A DNA stretch of 64,000 nt from Okamejei kenojei (lineage: Eukaryota). Both the position numbers and the translations under genes were made by a program. Location: contig CM069174.1 in the NCBI GenBank assembly GCA_035221665.1, forward strand, positions 10,726,001 through 10,790,000. Reading direction: 5' to 3'. Positions 1 through 12,924 of the stretch are shown here, in pieces; the first letter of the stretch is position 1, and each line of letters opens with the position of its first letter. The notes beneath the pieces are model-generated. The model saw nothing but the letters and a program-made list of their open reading frames with translations. It had not been told where the DNA came from and did not search any database.

Positions 1-80
1 AGCCATGATCATATTGAATGGCAGTGCAGGCTCGAAGGGCTGAATGGCCTACTCCTGCACCTAATTTCTATGTTTCTATG
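1..80 (+). mobile_element. CR1 LINE 3' end with (TTTCTATG)n tail
   Basis: agccatgatcatattgaatggc...ggcctactcctgcacctaatttctatgtttctatg; the same tail ends the long CR1 copy near 53140. Confidence 0.85.
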
Positions 81-81
81 G

Positions 82-219
82 AGTGCCTTTCCCAAGGACG
101 ATGATCTGTTTGCAGACTATTACATGGAGGAGAGCACATACGAGTTTTGTGGACATGTTGTAAAGATCACCGAGAAGTTCAGCGCTGACCTGGGAATTGC
201 TGGTTCAGTCTGGGAATCT
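82..219 (+). pseudogene. EEF1AKMT3: EEF1A lysine methyltransferase 3 (METTL21B)-like exon 1; orphan or possibly pseudogenic
   Basis: Translates SAFPKDDDLFADYYMEESTYEFCGHVVKITEKFSADLGIAGSVWES, then GTAAGT donor at 220; matches METTL21B N-terminus ([45 protein letters not shown]). Upstream of TSFM as in human. No downstream exons found. Confidence 0.75.
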
Positions 220-1318
220 GTAAGTGTAGTGGCCTGAAAGTTGATGAAGCTGAGAGAAAGAACTCCTTTTGCAACTGCTCTATCCACCCCACTGAGCTGC
301 TGTATTGGCTCATTTTTTCTCGCTGAGCAAGAAGGCTCCGTGTATAACCCCCAGCTCTGTGCCTCGAGCAAAGAAATACAGGCAGGCAGTACCATGAGAG
401 TGCAGATGTTGGAATCTGGAGCAACAAACAATCTAATGTTAGACACACATTCCTCCTACTGGGCTATCTGACCAGCTGAGTTCCTCCAGCAGATTTATTA
501 TACAAAGAGCCTGCCGCACTGGTCTCTCAGATGTGGGATGTCCTCTCTGTTTGCCTATGCATGTGCATCCCACATGACTATTTGAATGAAAGGGGCCACA
601 ATTCCTCCTTTTTCTCCTAACCAACCCACTCCAATATTTTGTTTGTGGCTTCCTGTGACAGGCAAATGTTGCCACAGCATTTGCCTATGTAACAGGAGGA
701 GCTGCACTCGAGGGTACGTCGTTGTGAAGCTTTATGGGCAAATTAAGAACATGAGCAGATGGTATGCAAATGTAATAACTAGGAACTGCTGGTTTATACC
801 AAATATGGACACAAAATGCTGGAGTGACTCAGCAGGTCAGGCAGCATCTCAGGAGAACATGAATGGCTGATGTTTACCAACCATGCTCAATCTGCCCCTC
901 CTCTCTCCCAGCTTTCTTCCCCCCACCCTACAATCAGTCTGAAGAAGTGTTCCAACCCAAAACATTACCTGTCCATGTTCCCCAGAGATGCTGCCAGACC
1001 CACTGAGTTACTCCAGCACTTTGTGTCTGTCTTTGATTTGCAAATGTACTTTCTTTTTGCAACACACCTGCTGTAACATCAGTTAATTCCAAACTGAATT
1101 GACTGATGGAAGGTCAGTCTGGCAATAGCTGCTCCCATTAATCATCCCTTCTCCTCTCATGGAGGTGTTTAAACATACGTGGTGACTAGAGGTAGCACAC
1201 TCGCCTTTAACTCCTTGGGTTGTGAGTTCAACCACTCCAGATCTTCAATCACTTTCAAAGCTGCCGTCATTCAAATGGTGCATTAAATTGAGGACCACCC
1301 TCAATTTAAGTCAGACTC

Positions 1319-1935
1319 ATCATGCAACAGCGAAAGCAACAGGTGTCCTAAACTTCCTGAGGTGCAACTTCCATCATTGTTCAGCTTCTGTCAAGGAGAA
1401 GCTGTATTTCACCCTCGTTAGACCTCATCTGGACTATGCATCTTGGGACCCATACACAGATAAAAACATTTCATCCATCGAGCGTGTCCAAAGACAGGCC
1501 GCTCGATTTGTTACTAACACCTATGATAAAGAAGCGAGTGTCACCAAACTTCTGAATTCTCTGGGGTGGAACCCTCTCCAAGACAGACGTGAAGCTCACC
1601 GTTTGACCTGTTTTTACAAAATGTTAAATGGTCAGCTAGACATAGATCACAAGACCTACACCAACCCCAAACCAATTAGGAGCAGACGAGGGCATTCGAT
1701 CCAATTTGTGGTCACAGCCACAAAGACAGATGTGTACAGCAATTCATTCTTCCCACACACTATTAAAGCATGGAATAATCTCCACCAAACCACGGTTGCC
1801 CAGCCAGATGCAACTAAATTTAAAGTGGCACTTTCATCCCAATAACCCTCTCTGGCTTAACCCCTCCCTTCACCGCCTCCAGTTTAAATTCCAGTTGGAA
1901 TATTTTGGAGGACCAAGTAACCAGGAACCAAGAAC
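1319..1935 (+). mobile_element. 5'-truncated CR1/L2-group LINE, ORF2 C-terminus with (AACCAAG)n tail
   Basis: Open frame KEKLYFTLVRPHLDYASWDPY...IERVQRQAARFV...SFFPHTIKAWNNL typical of LINE ORF2 ends; short 3' copy at about 14146-14230 (-). Confidence 0.8.
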
Positions 1936-2520
1936 CCTCCTACTCTCTCCAGTAGAACTAAAAAGATCCACACTATGGATGCTGAAATGCTCATGTAGAG
2001 AGAAACAGGCAATCTCCATGGAGAGAGAAACAGTTAACATTACAGGCATGAGACTCTGTGGTGACCCAGCATTTTTGGTTTTTAGTCCAGGGAAGAACTT
2101 GGTTCAGGAGCCATTCAGTAGGCTATCTGGCGCAGGGTTAACGGAATAAATGGCCTCCTTCTACATCGTATAGATGTATATAGAAATCCAGCCTCTTCGT
2201 TTCAGGCAAATTGAATAACTTTGTTTGAGCAGTGAGGTAGCACTTGGAGAGGGAGTTGGAGACCAGCTACCTGCCACAGCTGTGTGAACAGGCAGCCAGC
2301 TGAATCAATATGAATGACCTGGATATTTATTCAGCTTACTCATACAGTCGTGCACCAGTGAAGACTAATGTAGCTTCCCCCCAAACCAGCACTGGCAGTG
2401 CAGCAGAATATTAAAAAAAACCTGTCAACAGTAACTAAAAAAACGTTTTCTCTTGCTCGGGTGCCAACATGCGTTGAGGGACCTATCCATTTGCCTTAGA
2501 TGCCCTCCAAAGTGTCGACC

Positions 2521-2921
2521 ATGGATTTAAGAGAGAGTTAGATAGAGCTCTAGGGGCTAGTGGAGTCAAGGGATATGGGGAGAAGGCAGGCACGGGTTAT
2601 TGATTGGAGACGATCAGCCATGATCACAATGACCCGACACAATGATACAACGTCGCACATTGACCTGGCACAGACCTATTTGCACTTTATACTGTTTGTA
2701 CTGTTTTTTTTTAATCTTGTTTCTCTGGGTGTCTATATTTTTAGCTAATTAAGTTATTACATTGGATGGGAGCTGCATACCAAATTTGGTTGTACCTCTG
2801 TGCAATGACAATAAAATATATTATTATTATTATTATTATTATTATTATGAATGGCGGTGCTGGCTCGAAGGGCCAAATGGCCTCCTCCTGCACCTATTTT
2901 TTATGTTTCTATGTTTCTATG
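2521..2921 (+). mobile_element. CR1 3' UTR interrupted by a second retroposon tail ending in (TAT)n
   Basis: CR1 tail sequence splits near 2632 and resumes near 2848 after a (TAT)n run. Confidence 0.65.
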
Positions 2922-3623
2922 ACCAACCAGACAATCTTAAATGTGTCGGAAGGAACTGCAGATGCTGGTTTACACTGAAGATAGACACAGAATACTGGAG
3001 TAACTCAGTGGGGACAGGCAGGTTCCCTGGACAAAGCGAATGGGAGACGTTTCGGGTTGAGACCCTTCTTCTGACAATCTTAACATGTAGGCAATGTGAA
3101 TCAGGCTGTTTGACCATTGGGGCAATCAGAGCTGAGCTTGCGCTTGTCAATGACCAGGAGCAGGGGCTCTTCTTTGCTTTCTACTCTTTCCCCTGTCACC
3201 GCCCCACAACCCAGAGTCTTAAGCCAACTCTAGTATTCCCATTGCTGCTTGGGGTGATTTTCTAGGGCAATGTAGCGCAATTAGACTTGTCTTCAAAGGT
3301 TAGAGGAATGAGGAAATAATAGTGATAGCGGGATATGAAGGGATTTGAAAGCAAGGAACGGTAAATAATTATGGATAAGGAAATAAAATGAATGGTTTGT
3401 TAAACTGTGAGATGTTGGTGGAGGGGAGAAGCTGGCTTGGACACCAAAAGTATTAAAATAATCTTGGGTTACACAAAAAGCTGGAGAAACTCAGTGGGTA
3501 AGCATCCAGACCCTTCTTCAGCACAGTTGCAGAAATGGGTTTCTTAGAATCTCCATAGAAAGATGCAGGCGAGGTTATGAGCTCAAATTCCACAACATGT
3601 TGAATTCGTGGCAAGAATGGTGT

Positions 3624-3757
3624 NNNNNNNNNNNNNNNNNNNNNNNNNNNNNNNNNNNNNNNNNNNNNNNNNNNNNNNNNNNNNNNNNNNNNNNNNNNNN
3701 NNNNNNNNNNNNNNNNNNNNNNNNNNNNNNNNNNNNNNNNNNNNNNNNNNNNNNNNN
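3624..3757. other. Assembly gap (N run) flanked by TA/CA microsatellite
   Basis: 134 N bases. Confidence 1.
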
Positions 3758-3769
3758 AAAAATAAACAC

Positions 3770-3801
<32 letters not shown>

Positions 3802-3909
3802 TACATATGTACATGTATAATATATATATACATATATGTATATATGTGATAGACACAAAAAGGTGCAGTAACTCAGCGGGACGTATGTGTACGCATGTAT
3901 CAGAGGGGA

Positions 3910-4300
3910 AACACAAAAAGCTGGAGAAACTCAGCGGGTGCAGGAGCATCTAAGGAGCGAAGGAGATAGGCGACGTTTCGGGTCGAGACCCTTCTTCAGA
4001 CTGGTCATGGATCAGGGAAACGAGAGATATAGACGGTGATGTGAGAGATAAAGAACAATGAATGAAAGATATGCAAAAAAGTATCGATGATAAAGGGAAC
4101 AAGCCATTGTAAGCTGTTTGTGGTGTGAAAATGAGAAGCTAGTGCGACTGGGGTGGGGGAGGGAGATAGAGATAGAGGGAATGCCAGGGCCCGAGGGCTG
4201 AGGGAGAGGTGGGAGGGGGAGGAGACAGCAAGGGTTAACAGAATTGAGAAAATTCAATGTTCAAGCCCAAAGGATGCAGACTCCCCAAGCGGAATATCAG
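3910..4300 (-). mobile_element. Penelope-like element 3' fragment with hammerhead-like core
   Basis: Near-identical to 52138-52491; minus strand reads ctgaagaagggtctcgacccgaaacgtc; related to the end of the GIY-YIG element at 40330-41160. Confidence 0.7.
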
Positions 4301-4319
4301 AGGGGAAATGTTGTTTCTG

Positions 4320-4740
4320 CTTCGACAGTCATGTCGATTTCAACCAGTAGAGGGAGCCACCCGAAATTCAGAGCAACATTCAAAATGCGACCTCGCTTGA
4401 GTTCTTTGGGCTAGATGTTGTCGAGGTTTGTCCTTGCCGGCTCCCCTTCGTGGTTCTCTTCCGCCGGCGGGGAAGCCGCAGCTTGCTGCCTTTACCCCGG
4501 CATCATGCTCGTCCCGTGTGCTCTGCGGACCGCTCGAACCCGCATCTGCAGGGTAAAAAAACACCAAACTCTCTACTCGCTACCACTTTAACGATGAGCG
4601 GTTGTAATAAAATCCCGGTGGAAAAAATCCTTGTAGAAGGCCGAAGTAAAACTAATGTGCTGGGGAGACGATGGGCAAATGGTCAGGGGTTGGGCACTCG
4701 CTTTTAAAGCAGGCCCAGCACTAAGTAAAGACGCGTGATG
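4320..4740 (+). promoter_or_regulatory. CpG-rich TSFM promoter/first-exon region
   Basis: Local CpG enrichment around TSFM exon 1. Confidence 0.6.
4505..4552 (+). CDS. TSFM: Mitochondrial elongation factor Ts, exon 1 (alternative in-frame ATG at 4415)
   Basis: MLVPCALRTARTRICR, Arg-rich presequence-like; GT donor at 4553; phase 0 to exon 2. Confidence 0.7.
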
Positions 4741-5294
4741 CAGTTATTTGAAATAAAACAGAAATTGACAGAAGAGACAGAAAGGTTTGGGGCAAACGGA
4801 ATTAGTGTGGTTTAATATACAATATACAAGCACAATATACGTGTGGTTGTAATCTGTGTGGAAATAGATTATTTGAAAGAGGATACAAGGAACCCCAGAT
4901 GCTGGTTTACAAAAAAAATAAAAAATGTACAATCAATCTGAAGAAGATACAGGGATAGAACAGGTTTAGAGAGATATGTGCCAAACACGGGCAGATGGGA
5001 CTAGTGTAGATGGGGCATGTTGGTTGGCGTGAGCAAGTTGGGCCACTGTTATAGACTCATACAGCTTAAAAAACAGGCCCCTTTGTAAAGACACCATAAT
5101 AGCCACCTCCTGTGCTCTATATGTCATGATCCTCTTTCTCCTATAGTGAGCGGTAACAATCCTGAGAGCGAGTGTTGGTCAGGATCATGACCTTTGACTG
5201 AATGAGGTAGCATGCACCGCGGGAATGAAGTTAGGCTGCAAATGTGTAGATTAAAAATTGTTCATGTCAGAGATTTTGTTCTTATCTTCACCAG

Positions 5295-5450
5295 ATCTTC
5301 TCTACCCAACCCGTCCAGTTTCTCCACTGTTCTGGGACTAGATCAATAGCAACAGATAAAGAGCTTCTCATAAAACTCCGGAAAAAGACAGGATACTCAT
5401 TTACAAATTGTAAGAAGGCCTTGGAAAATTTCAACAGTAACCTTCAGCAG
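5295..5450 (+). CDS. TSFM: EF-Ts mitochondrial, exon 2
   Basis: AG/GT bounded; IFSTQPV...[31 protein letters not shown] (UBA-like domain). Confidence 0.95.
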
Positions 5451-5821
5451 GTACGTGAAGGCTGAATGGCCTACACCCCGCTTACATTTCTTACGCTGTA
5501 AGACCCCATTGTTTCAATGATGCTGATTGAGGGACTGGCTCAAATAGCAAGGAGCATTACCCCCTTTTCTCCCTTACTGGAGAGAATGGACAGGGATTTG
5601 ATTTATGTGATTTTTAAAAAATAGACAAGAAACGTGGTAACAGCAGAATCCCGTGCTCAAATCCAGACAGCTTGTAAGCCAGGAAGTGGAAACAGAAGGT
5701 GGGTGGCTGGGTGGCGGGAGTCCATTGAGTTAGTGAGGGGCAACTCCAGACCATCGTCTTTCCATGGATAAAGCGATGTACCACTGGATAACTGCTTGTC
5801 AATGATGACCTCTTTTCAAAG

Positions 5822-5950
5822 GCTGAAGCCTGGCTGCATGAGCAAGCCCACAAGGAAGGATGGAGCAAAGCTTCTAAACTACAAGGCCGGAAGACAAAGG
5901 AGGGTCTGATTGGATTGCTCCAGGATGGGAACTCTGCTGTCCTGGTGGAG
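5822..5950 (+). CDS. TSFM: EF-Ts mitochondrial, exon 3
   Basis: [43 protein letters not shown]. Confidence 0.95.
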
Positions 5951-6580
5951 GTAAAGACTTACAAGTTTGGACATTACTCTGTGTAGTAAATGTATCAAAT
6001 CAGAGAATACTACAGCACTGAAGGATCCTGCCTGTATGTCCCTTTAAAATAACTCTCCAATCAATCCAACCCCTCCTGCTGTCTCCCCACAATCTACTCA
6101 TTTTCAGATGTTCATGCAATTCCTTTTGAAGTCCCATTAAATCTCCCTGAACGTGAGCCATTGCAGTAGGTGTGGGAACCTATTAACGGACTACGGTGTC
6201 TGTTAAAGTAGTGGTGGGGAAATTTCATTTGAACTAGTTAAAATGGGAGGCAGTAGGATGGGTAACCGGAACATACAGACATCAATAAAATTGAAGAACC
6301 AGAGTGCAGTTGACAGTTTAAAAAAATATATGATGTTGAACACGTTGCCGTGGCATTGCAAGCAGATTCAGTAATACATTTTTTCAAAGGGAATCTGAGA
6401 CGTACTTTAAAAGATATAAAAAAACTGATGGGCTTTAGGAAAGAGCAGGGAAGTAGAACTCATGGGATTACTGTTGAGAGCGGACATTGGTGTGATGGGC
6501 TGATTGAACTCCTGTGCTGTACAATTTTACTCCCTTGTGGGAATCAATTGGATTTTTAAAACATGTCTCATCCCTTGCAG

Positions 6581-6703
6581 GTGAATTGTGAAACTGACTT
6601 TGTTGCCAGGAATGTAAAGTTCCAGCAGTTAGTGCAGCAGACAGCCACTGCCACGCTGGAACACTGTCGCTCCAAGCAGGTGACCACCACTGATTATACC
6701 AAG
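6581..6703 (+). CDS. TSFM: EF-Ts mitochondrial, exon 4
   Basis: VNCETDFVARN EF-Ts signature. Confidence 0.97.
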
Positions 6704-6896
6704 GTTTGTCAAGTGTTTCTATCTCTCTCTGTCTCTTTTCTAATCGTGTCTATGCCAGCAGATACTCCTCACTGTTTTTTCTGTTTTCTATTGAACAGAC
6801 CGAGCAGTCCGTACCTCCACGACAGCTTTTGGTTTGATCTTGATACCCACATTGAAAGGGTACATAAGCCCAGAGGGCAGAGGTGTACATTAGATC

Positions 6897-7310
6897 ACAA
6901 GACATAGGAGCAGAATGAGGCCATTCGGGCCATTGTGTCTTGTCTGCGTTCAATCATAGCTGATCTATTTTCCCCTCAACCCCATTTTCCTGCCTTCTTT
7001 CTCCCTGTAACCTTTGACACCCTTACTAATCAATAATAACCTATCAATCTCTGCTTTAAAAATACCCAATGACTTGGCCTCCACTACCATCTGTGACAAT
7101 GAATTCCGTAGACTCACCACCCTCTGACCAAAGACATTCCTCCTCATCTCCATTCTAAAGATACATCCTTTTATTCTGAGGCTATGCCTTCTGGTCCTAG
7201 ACTCTGCCACAGAGGATGTGAACATCCTCCTAGGCCTTTCATTTTGAGGTAGGTTTCAAAGAGATCCCTCCTCATCCTTCTAAACTCCAGCAAGTACAGG
7301 CCTCGAGCCA
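6897..7310 (-). mobile_element. CR1 LINE 3' fragment in a TSFM intron
   Basis: Minus-strand SRTRRHSLRIKG...QRVVSLRNSL plus CR1 3' UTR. Confidence 0.8.
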
Positions 7311-8026
7311 GGAGATTTAAACTTGGAGGTTTAAGGACCCTCAAAGTGGGATACAGATGGAGTTTAACCAGCCAAACACGTGCAACTCAACTGTTCAGAT
7401 CACTGGGAAACCTCTCGCTGCTGATCCTGCCATTACCTCACATCACACCTGAAATACTAATTCTGTGGCACTCTTGACAGATGCTGACCTGAGCCAGCAT
7501 TTTGTGGGAATTTTGTTTCAAATTTCCAGCATCTGCAGTATTTTTTTGTTTGATGCTGGAAAAAAAATCCTACCTTGCCACTCAAGATACAATGCTCCCA
7601 GAATTCCTGCAAAGTTCAATGCCCCTTGTGAGTTCCCCAAAAGGCAATCTGTGGAGAATGGCCACACTATTGGGGACTGACCACTTTTCCTAGCTGCACC
7701 CTTCACCATCCTTGTATTGAGGCAGCTTTAGATTGTTCAGTGTTTCTCTCTGGGGAAAATGCCAACGTGCCAGTATCACAAAGCAACGGCAGGAGGTTTT
7801 GCTCCTCAGATACACCAAGTGGAAACCTAGCACTGCCACCTAGAGAGAGGGAGCAGGCAGGGAAATGGTGTCACAAGTCATCCTGGGCTGCTCTCAATAA
7901 ACCCCTCCCTTAATTCTGTCCCACACACTCCAGCTCAAACTGTTTGCCCAAAGGATGGGTGCTTCCAATTAATAAGTGACAACTTTACAAATGTATGTAT
8001 TGAAAATGTTGTTTATTACTCTGCAG

Positions 8027-8111
8027 AATTCCCTTACGGCTGAAGAAATAAGCCAACTGAAGACTGCTGTGGACAGCCGCGCTCTTGCTGACCAGCTCGC
8101 CCTGGCTATTG
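8027..8111 (+). CDS. TSFM: EF-Ts mitochondrial, exon 5
   Basis: NSLTAEEISQLKTAVDSRALADQLALAI-G; phase-1 donor GTAAG. Confidence 0.92.
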
Positions 8112-8194
8112 GTAAGGTTGGAAGTGCAGACTTCGACCAATTTGTTATTTTGTTGTTCTCCTTGGGTGACACAGGCATGGTATTCTTGGTCAAT

Positions 8195-8430
8195 GTAGTT
8201 TAGAGATACAGCATGGAAACAGGCACTTTGGCACAGGGAGTCCACGATGACCACTGGTCACCCGTTCACACTAGTTTGATATGATCCCACTTTCACGTCC
8301 ACTCCCTATACTCTAGGGGCAATTTACAGAGGCCAATTAACCTGCATCCCTGCACATCTTTGGGATGTGGGAGGCGACCCACGCGGTTATAGGGAAACGT
8401 TCAAATTCCGCACAGACAGCATCCGAGGTG
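8195..8430 (-). mobile_element. tRNA-derived V-SINE (HE1-like)
   Basis: Central domain ctcccacatcccaaagatgtgcaggg...ggttaattggcc; related copies at 32722-33005 (+) and 58755-59065 (-). Confidence 0.7.
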
Positions 8431-9205
8431 GTTCTCCAGTGAATATTTTCGATGTGAATTCTATGGTCCCGGTGGTTTAGTACAGATTCTAGAGTGACTG
8501 AGAGCGAGAGAAAGATTTGCATTTCACATCCTTGGCACATTGCATTAAAAGCACAACATTGGTTGTGATATCAGAAACATCACATTCGGAGGCAAATATT
8601 TTGCAGAAGAACAAGTGTTGGAGCGGGACCAGAGTCTTGGTTTTAGCGTACTCAGGGTGCAGGGCAGAGAGGAAATGTAGGAGTGATATTTGTAGCATTC
8701 ATAGAAGGTGGAGACGTACCTGGTTGCTCCGCTGGGGAAGAGGTAAAGGATTGGCCAGATGGTTGGACTTCTTCCACCTGGTGTTAACATCAGGTGCAAG
8801 ATGTGTTGAAGTTTGCATTCCTCCACACTGACCTGCATCTCGATATACTCCACCACATCTTCATCACTTCCCAACCTTCTCCCATTATCATGTGGTAAAG
8901 CTGACCATTATATTAAAAAAACACACTAAATGCTGGAGTACCCCTGTGGGTCCGGCAGCATCTCTGGAGGACATTTCAGGTCAGGACATTTCTTCATACT
9001 CTCTGCTGAATTACTCCAGCACATTGTTTTTTTTTCCCTTTATAAACCAGCATCTTTGTTTCTCCATTATATACAAAATTTGGTTTGTGGTATCCTCTTC
9101 CTAACCCCGAGATCTCTGTTTACTTGGCTTTATTTATGAAGATTCATTCTGCTTTATAAAACATTTTGATGTTTTTTTTTTTTGTAAATCAAATCTGTTT
9201 TCAAG

Positions 9206-9624
9206 GTAACCTTGGTGAGAACATGGCAATCAGAAGAGCAGCCTGGGTGGCTGTACCATCTGACTGGTACATTGGCAAATACGTGCATGGACAGCTACTA
9301 GCTGATAGCCCATCCCTCTCAAAGATGGTGTTTGGAAAATATGGCGCATTAGTGATCTACAGGGCTGTGGAACAGAATTCCAAAGTTAACGTCTCTGAGG
9401 TAGGCCGCAGGTTGGGACAGCATATTGTAGGAATGATGCCTCTGTCTGTAGGCTCCGTCGATGACCCGCCCGGTGATGATTCAGAAACCAAATTGTTGGC
9501 TCAGCCTTTCCTGCTGGACCCTGGCACCACAGTGGGGCAGTTCCTGCACACAAGTGGAGTGTCGGTATTGGACTTTGTACGGTACGAATGTGGCGAAGTA
9601 ACTGAGGTGGCAGAGAGTGTATAG
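9206..9624 (+). CDS. TSFM: EF-Ts mitochondrial, last exon
   Basis: [15 protein letters not shown]...LGQHIVGM...DFVRYECGE...stop; AATAAA at 9684, 9841 and 9863. Confidence 0.97.
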
Positions 9625-11974
9625 TTGGAACATTGCAGACCTGGAAATCAATAACTTCCTCATTGGCTATTTCTCCATGTCCAAATAAAATATCAAGCTC
9701 CAGCCCATTTAGTATGGATGTTTCCATCTTTCTTAATTCTTCTTGCCGTTTCAGTTGTTTGTCATATGTACTGAAAACTGAACAATGCAATTCCTACTTG
9801 TGGCAGCATTCCAGGTCTGCCAATACAGTACTCAGAACTTAATAAACATAAAGAAAAAGTTCAATAAATTAAAAACTAATATTTGTATAAAAAGAGCCTA
9901 AAGTCCTTCACGCTACCAAAACAGTTTGTAGATAATTACCTCTCGAGTTGGGTCTCTCAGGCTGGCGGTTCTATGGAAATCTAATGCAAGGTACAGTTGT
10001 TCAATGTGAGGCTGGCCCAGCCTGAAAGACCCAATGCAAGAGGCTTTTGAGTTGTCTGTGGGGTGGATCCACATCACTAGTCAAATACAACATCCACAGC
10101 CATGAACTATCAACGAGTGGTTACTGGTGAGTTTTCAGCATCAAGAAGTGTTCCTTGACTTTAGCTCAGGCAGGGGCAAGGTAATCATTAGTGCCCTCGC
10201 CAGCAGCCAGATTGAAATCAATGAGCTCAGCCAGAACCAGTGTTTAAAAGGAATGCAAAAAGTATTTATTCAAGAGTTTTTTTTTAAAAACGCATCCGAC
10301 GATACCTACCAGTCCAATGGCACTGTACTGCTCATTTGTAATGTAGGACATACAACTGTTAAACTGTGCATTGCATGCACTAACAATCACCAATGATTGA
10401 ATGACCACATTGTTTTAATGATGGTGGTTGAGAGATTTGAATATTGATTCCATACCCTGGAGCAACCTCCTCACACTGCACTTTGGTGAAACAGCACCAT
10501 AGGTTCCTTAACATCCACCTGGAAGTGTAGATTGGACCTCCATTTTGAATGTGATGTTAAATACACATCTACAAAAGCACAGTGCCTCCTGGCTTGTTCT
10601 ACTCTCCCCTAGAGTGGGATTTGAACTTACAACCTTCTGAGTCAGGTGAGAGTACTATCCACTGAGTCACGCTGGAAGCTGCAAACTTCTTGGATTGTAT
10701 TATTGACTGCCACACCATCCAATGAACTGATCAAACAAAATATAGCTGACTACTATTGTCTCTTTCATTTGAACATTGACAGTGCGAATGTTAATATTTG
10801 TGCAATGTAGTAGCAGGATATACGTTATGCAGCTGTCTTAAGTGCTTGGAATTAACAGCTCGTTATCTCATGGGACAACAAAGGTGAGCTCAGCTTCCCA
10901 GGCAAATAATAAGCAAAATAGAGTCTGTCAACAGGTGCACGCTTCAGCCCTGCCGTGGTTAGTGTGTGTTAACAGTTCAAGATAACCGCAAAGAGAGAAT
11001 TAGTGTGAATTCTTGCCTGGTCAAGGAAGGTAACGAGAGGCAAATCCTCAACTCTGACCCTATTGTGTTTGGAACTGGCACTAGGTGCAAAAACAATAAA
11101 GAAGGGTCTCAACACAAAATGTCACCCATTCCTTCTCTCCAGAGATGCTGCCTGTCCCTCTGAGTTACTCCAGCATTTTGTGTCTATCTTATATTTATTT
11201 TCCAATTAAGATTCCCTGCTCTTATTCCCCTTTCCAGTCATAGCAACAGCTGACACATGGTTATAAACCATTTCTTTGTTAATAATCAATATCTGACACT
11301 TGACAATTCAGGTGGTCATTCAGGCACAGGACAGCCACGCTGTTAACGAAGTTGGTGGCTAACCACTCAGAGATACCGAGGGCATTGTATTCCTGCCCAT
11401 GCAGCTACCCTCCCTCCCACTTTAGTCAACGATACATGGAATAGGAATGTTACCGAGAAATAATGTGATGTGTTCCATCAAGTACCACAATATGAACACG
11501 TATGTAAAACCTGTGACCAAAAGCTCAGCTTGACATCTGTACAAAAAAAAATGCTACATGTTTACATTACAGTGAAGTAAGCACAGACAAATTGATGGCT
11601 TTGAAACTATTTTATTTACCACTGTTACTGAGTTAAGACTCAATGGAAGCAGTTTCTGAAATCCCATGCCCGATGGGTTGCGGCAGAAGCTGTGCACGGC
11701 CTGACTAATTTCTAATAGCCAGAAATGAGATGCTTAGCTTCTCACTCTGTTGCATTATTCAAATTCTGTCGGTATAGTTGGTGCAGCTTTTGCTAATTTA
11801 AAATTTGACTAACTCACCCATTCCACTCAATGCAGAACCAAACAAAACATTTAGTACAAAAACAAGAGGGTAAATTATGTAGGATAAAGGAGAGAGTATA
11901 AATTAGGAGAGATTCAACTGTTGCAGTGCGATTTCAGCTGGAATAACGCAAGGCGTTCATGATGAACATTGGAT

Positions 11975-12239
11975 GCGAACTACTTGCGAGCTGGCTGCAG
12001 ATTAGTCGAGAGTTTGTGATGTGTATGTGAGCTGGCTGTGTGCATGCAAGTCACTTGCGGACCATTTGCGAGCTGCCTGCCTGTTTGCGAGCTGGCTGCG
12101 GACTAATTGCGACTTGGTCTGCATGCAAGCGGGTTGCGGACTAATTGCGAGTTGGTTTGCATGCAAGCTGGTTGTGGACTAGTTGCGAGCTGCTTGCGGA
12201 CTATTTGCGAGCTGGCTGCCTGCACACGAGCTGGCTGCA
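11975..12239. repeat. CpG-containing degenerate minisatellite
   Basis: Recurring ttgcgagctggctgcggacta units. Confidence 0.8.
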
Positions 12240-12924
12240 ACAAAGTGCAATTGATTTATCAATAAGACAACTTTGGATCAAAGTACACATTTTATATGTA
12301 TATTTGTTTATAATATTTGAAACGTGGTACTGTAAAACATTTTAGATGCAGGGAACTAAATGTATATATTAGGGCTTTGAACTGAAATGTTAGACTTAAA
12401 TTAGGAATTTCAAGAGTGGAAGACATGACACATGTATTTATTTGGCATCAGTGATATTTTGTTGTAATCCCTTGCTCCTGAAAAAGGATGGGTGTTGTTG
12501 TTATTTGACAGAGTGTTTAAACTGACAAGTTACAATAACTCATCCCTCAAATTGTTATCTTAATAAATCTTAAAGATTTCTTAAAGAGAAATAGGGCAGT
12601 TAAAAGATTTCTTCATTCCTTGAAGTGAATTTCTGCAGAAGGCCTTAGTGGAGATTTGGAAGAAGTCACAGACATGGTGCTCAGTGGATCTGCTGTGATA
12701 TTCCATGGTTCTCCTTTATTGCCATTTAGTCTTGGTGATGCATAAAATTATCTAGGCAAGTAAACAATAAAGTTTAAATATTTGTAAGTCGAGGTAAAGT
12801 TTTTAGTGAATGGTTTATAGAATAGATGGTGTTTGTCTGATTCGCTGTTCTGGGTGGTTTGGAGATATTCCCCAAGCTAGAGCGACAGGATGCAGTTTGC
12901 AGATGCTCTACAGTTCTCCTTCTT

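Noticed and set aside
3575-3953. ORFs spanning the N gap
   Set aside because: Artefacts of the N run and adjacent microsatellite
11975-12239. CRISPR-like array
   Set aside because: Degenerate tandem units without unique spacers, in a eukaryotic context
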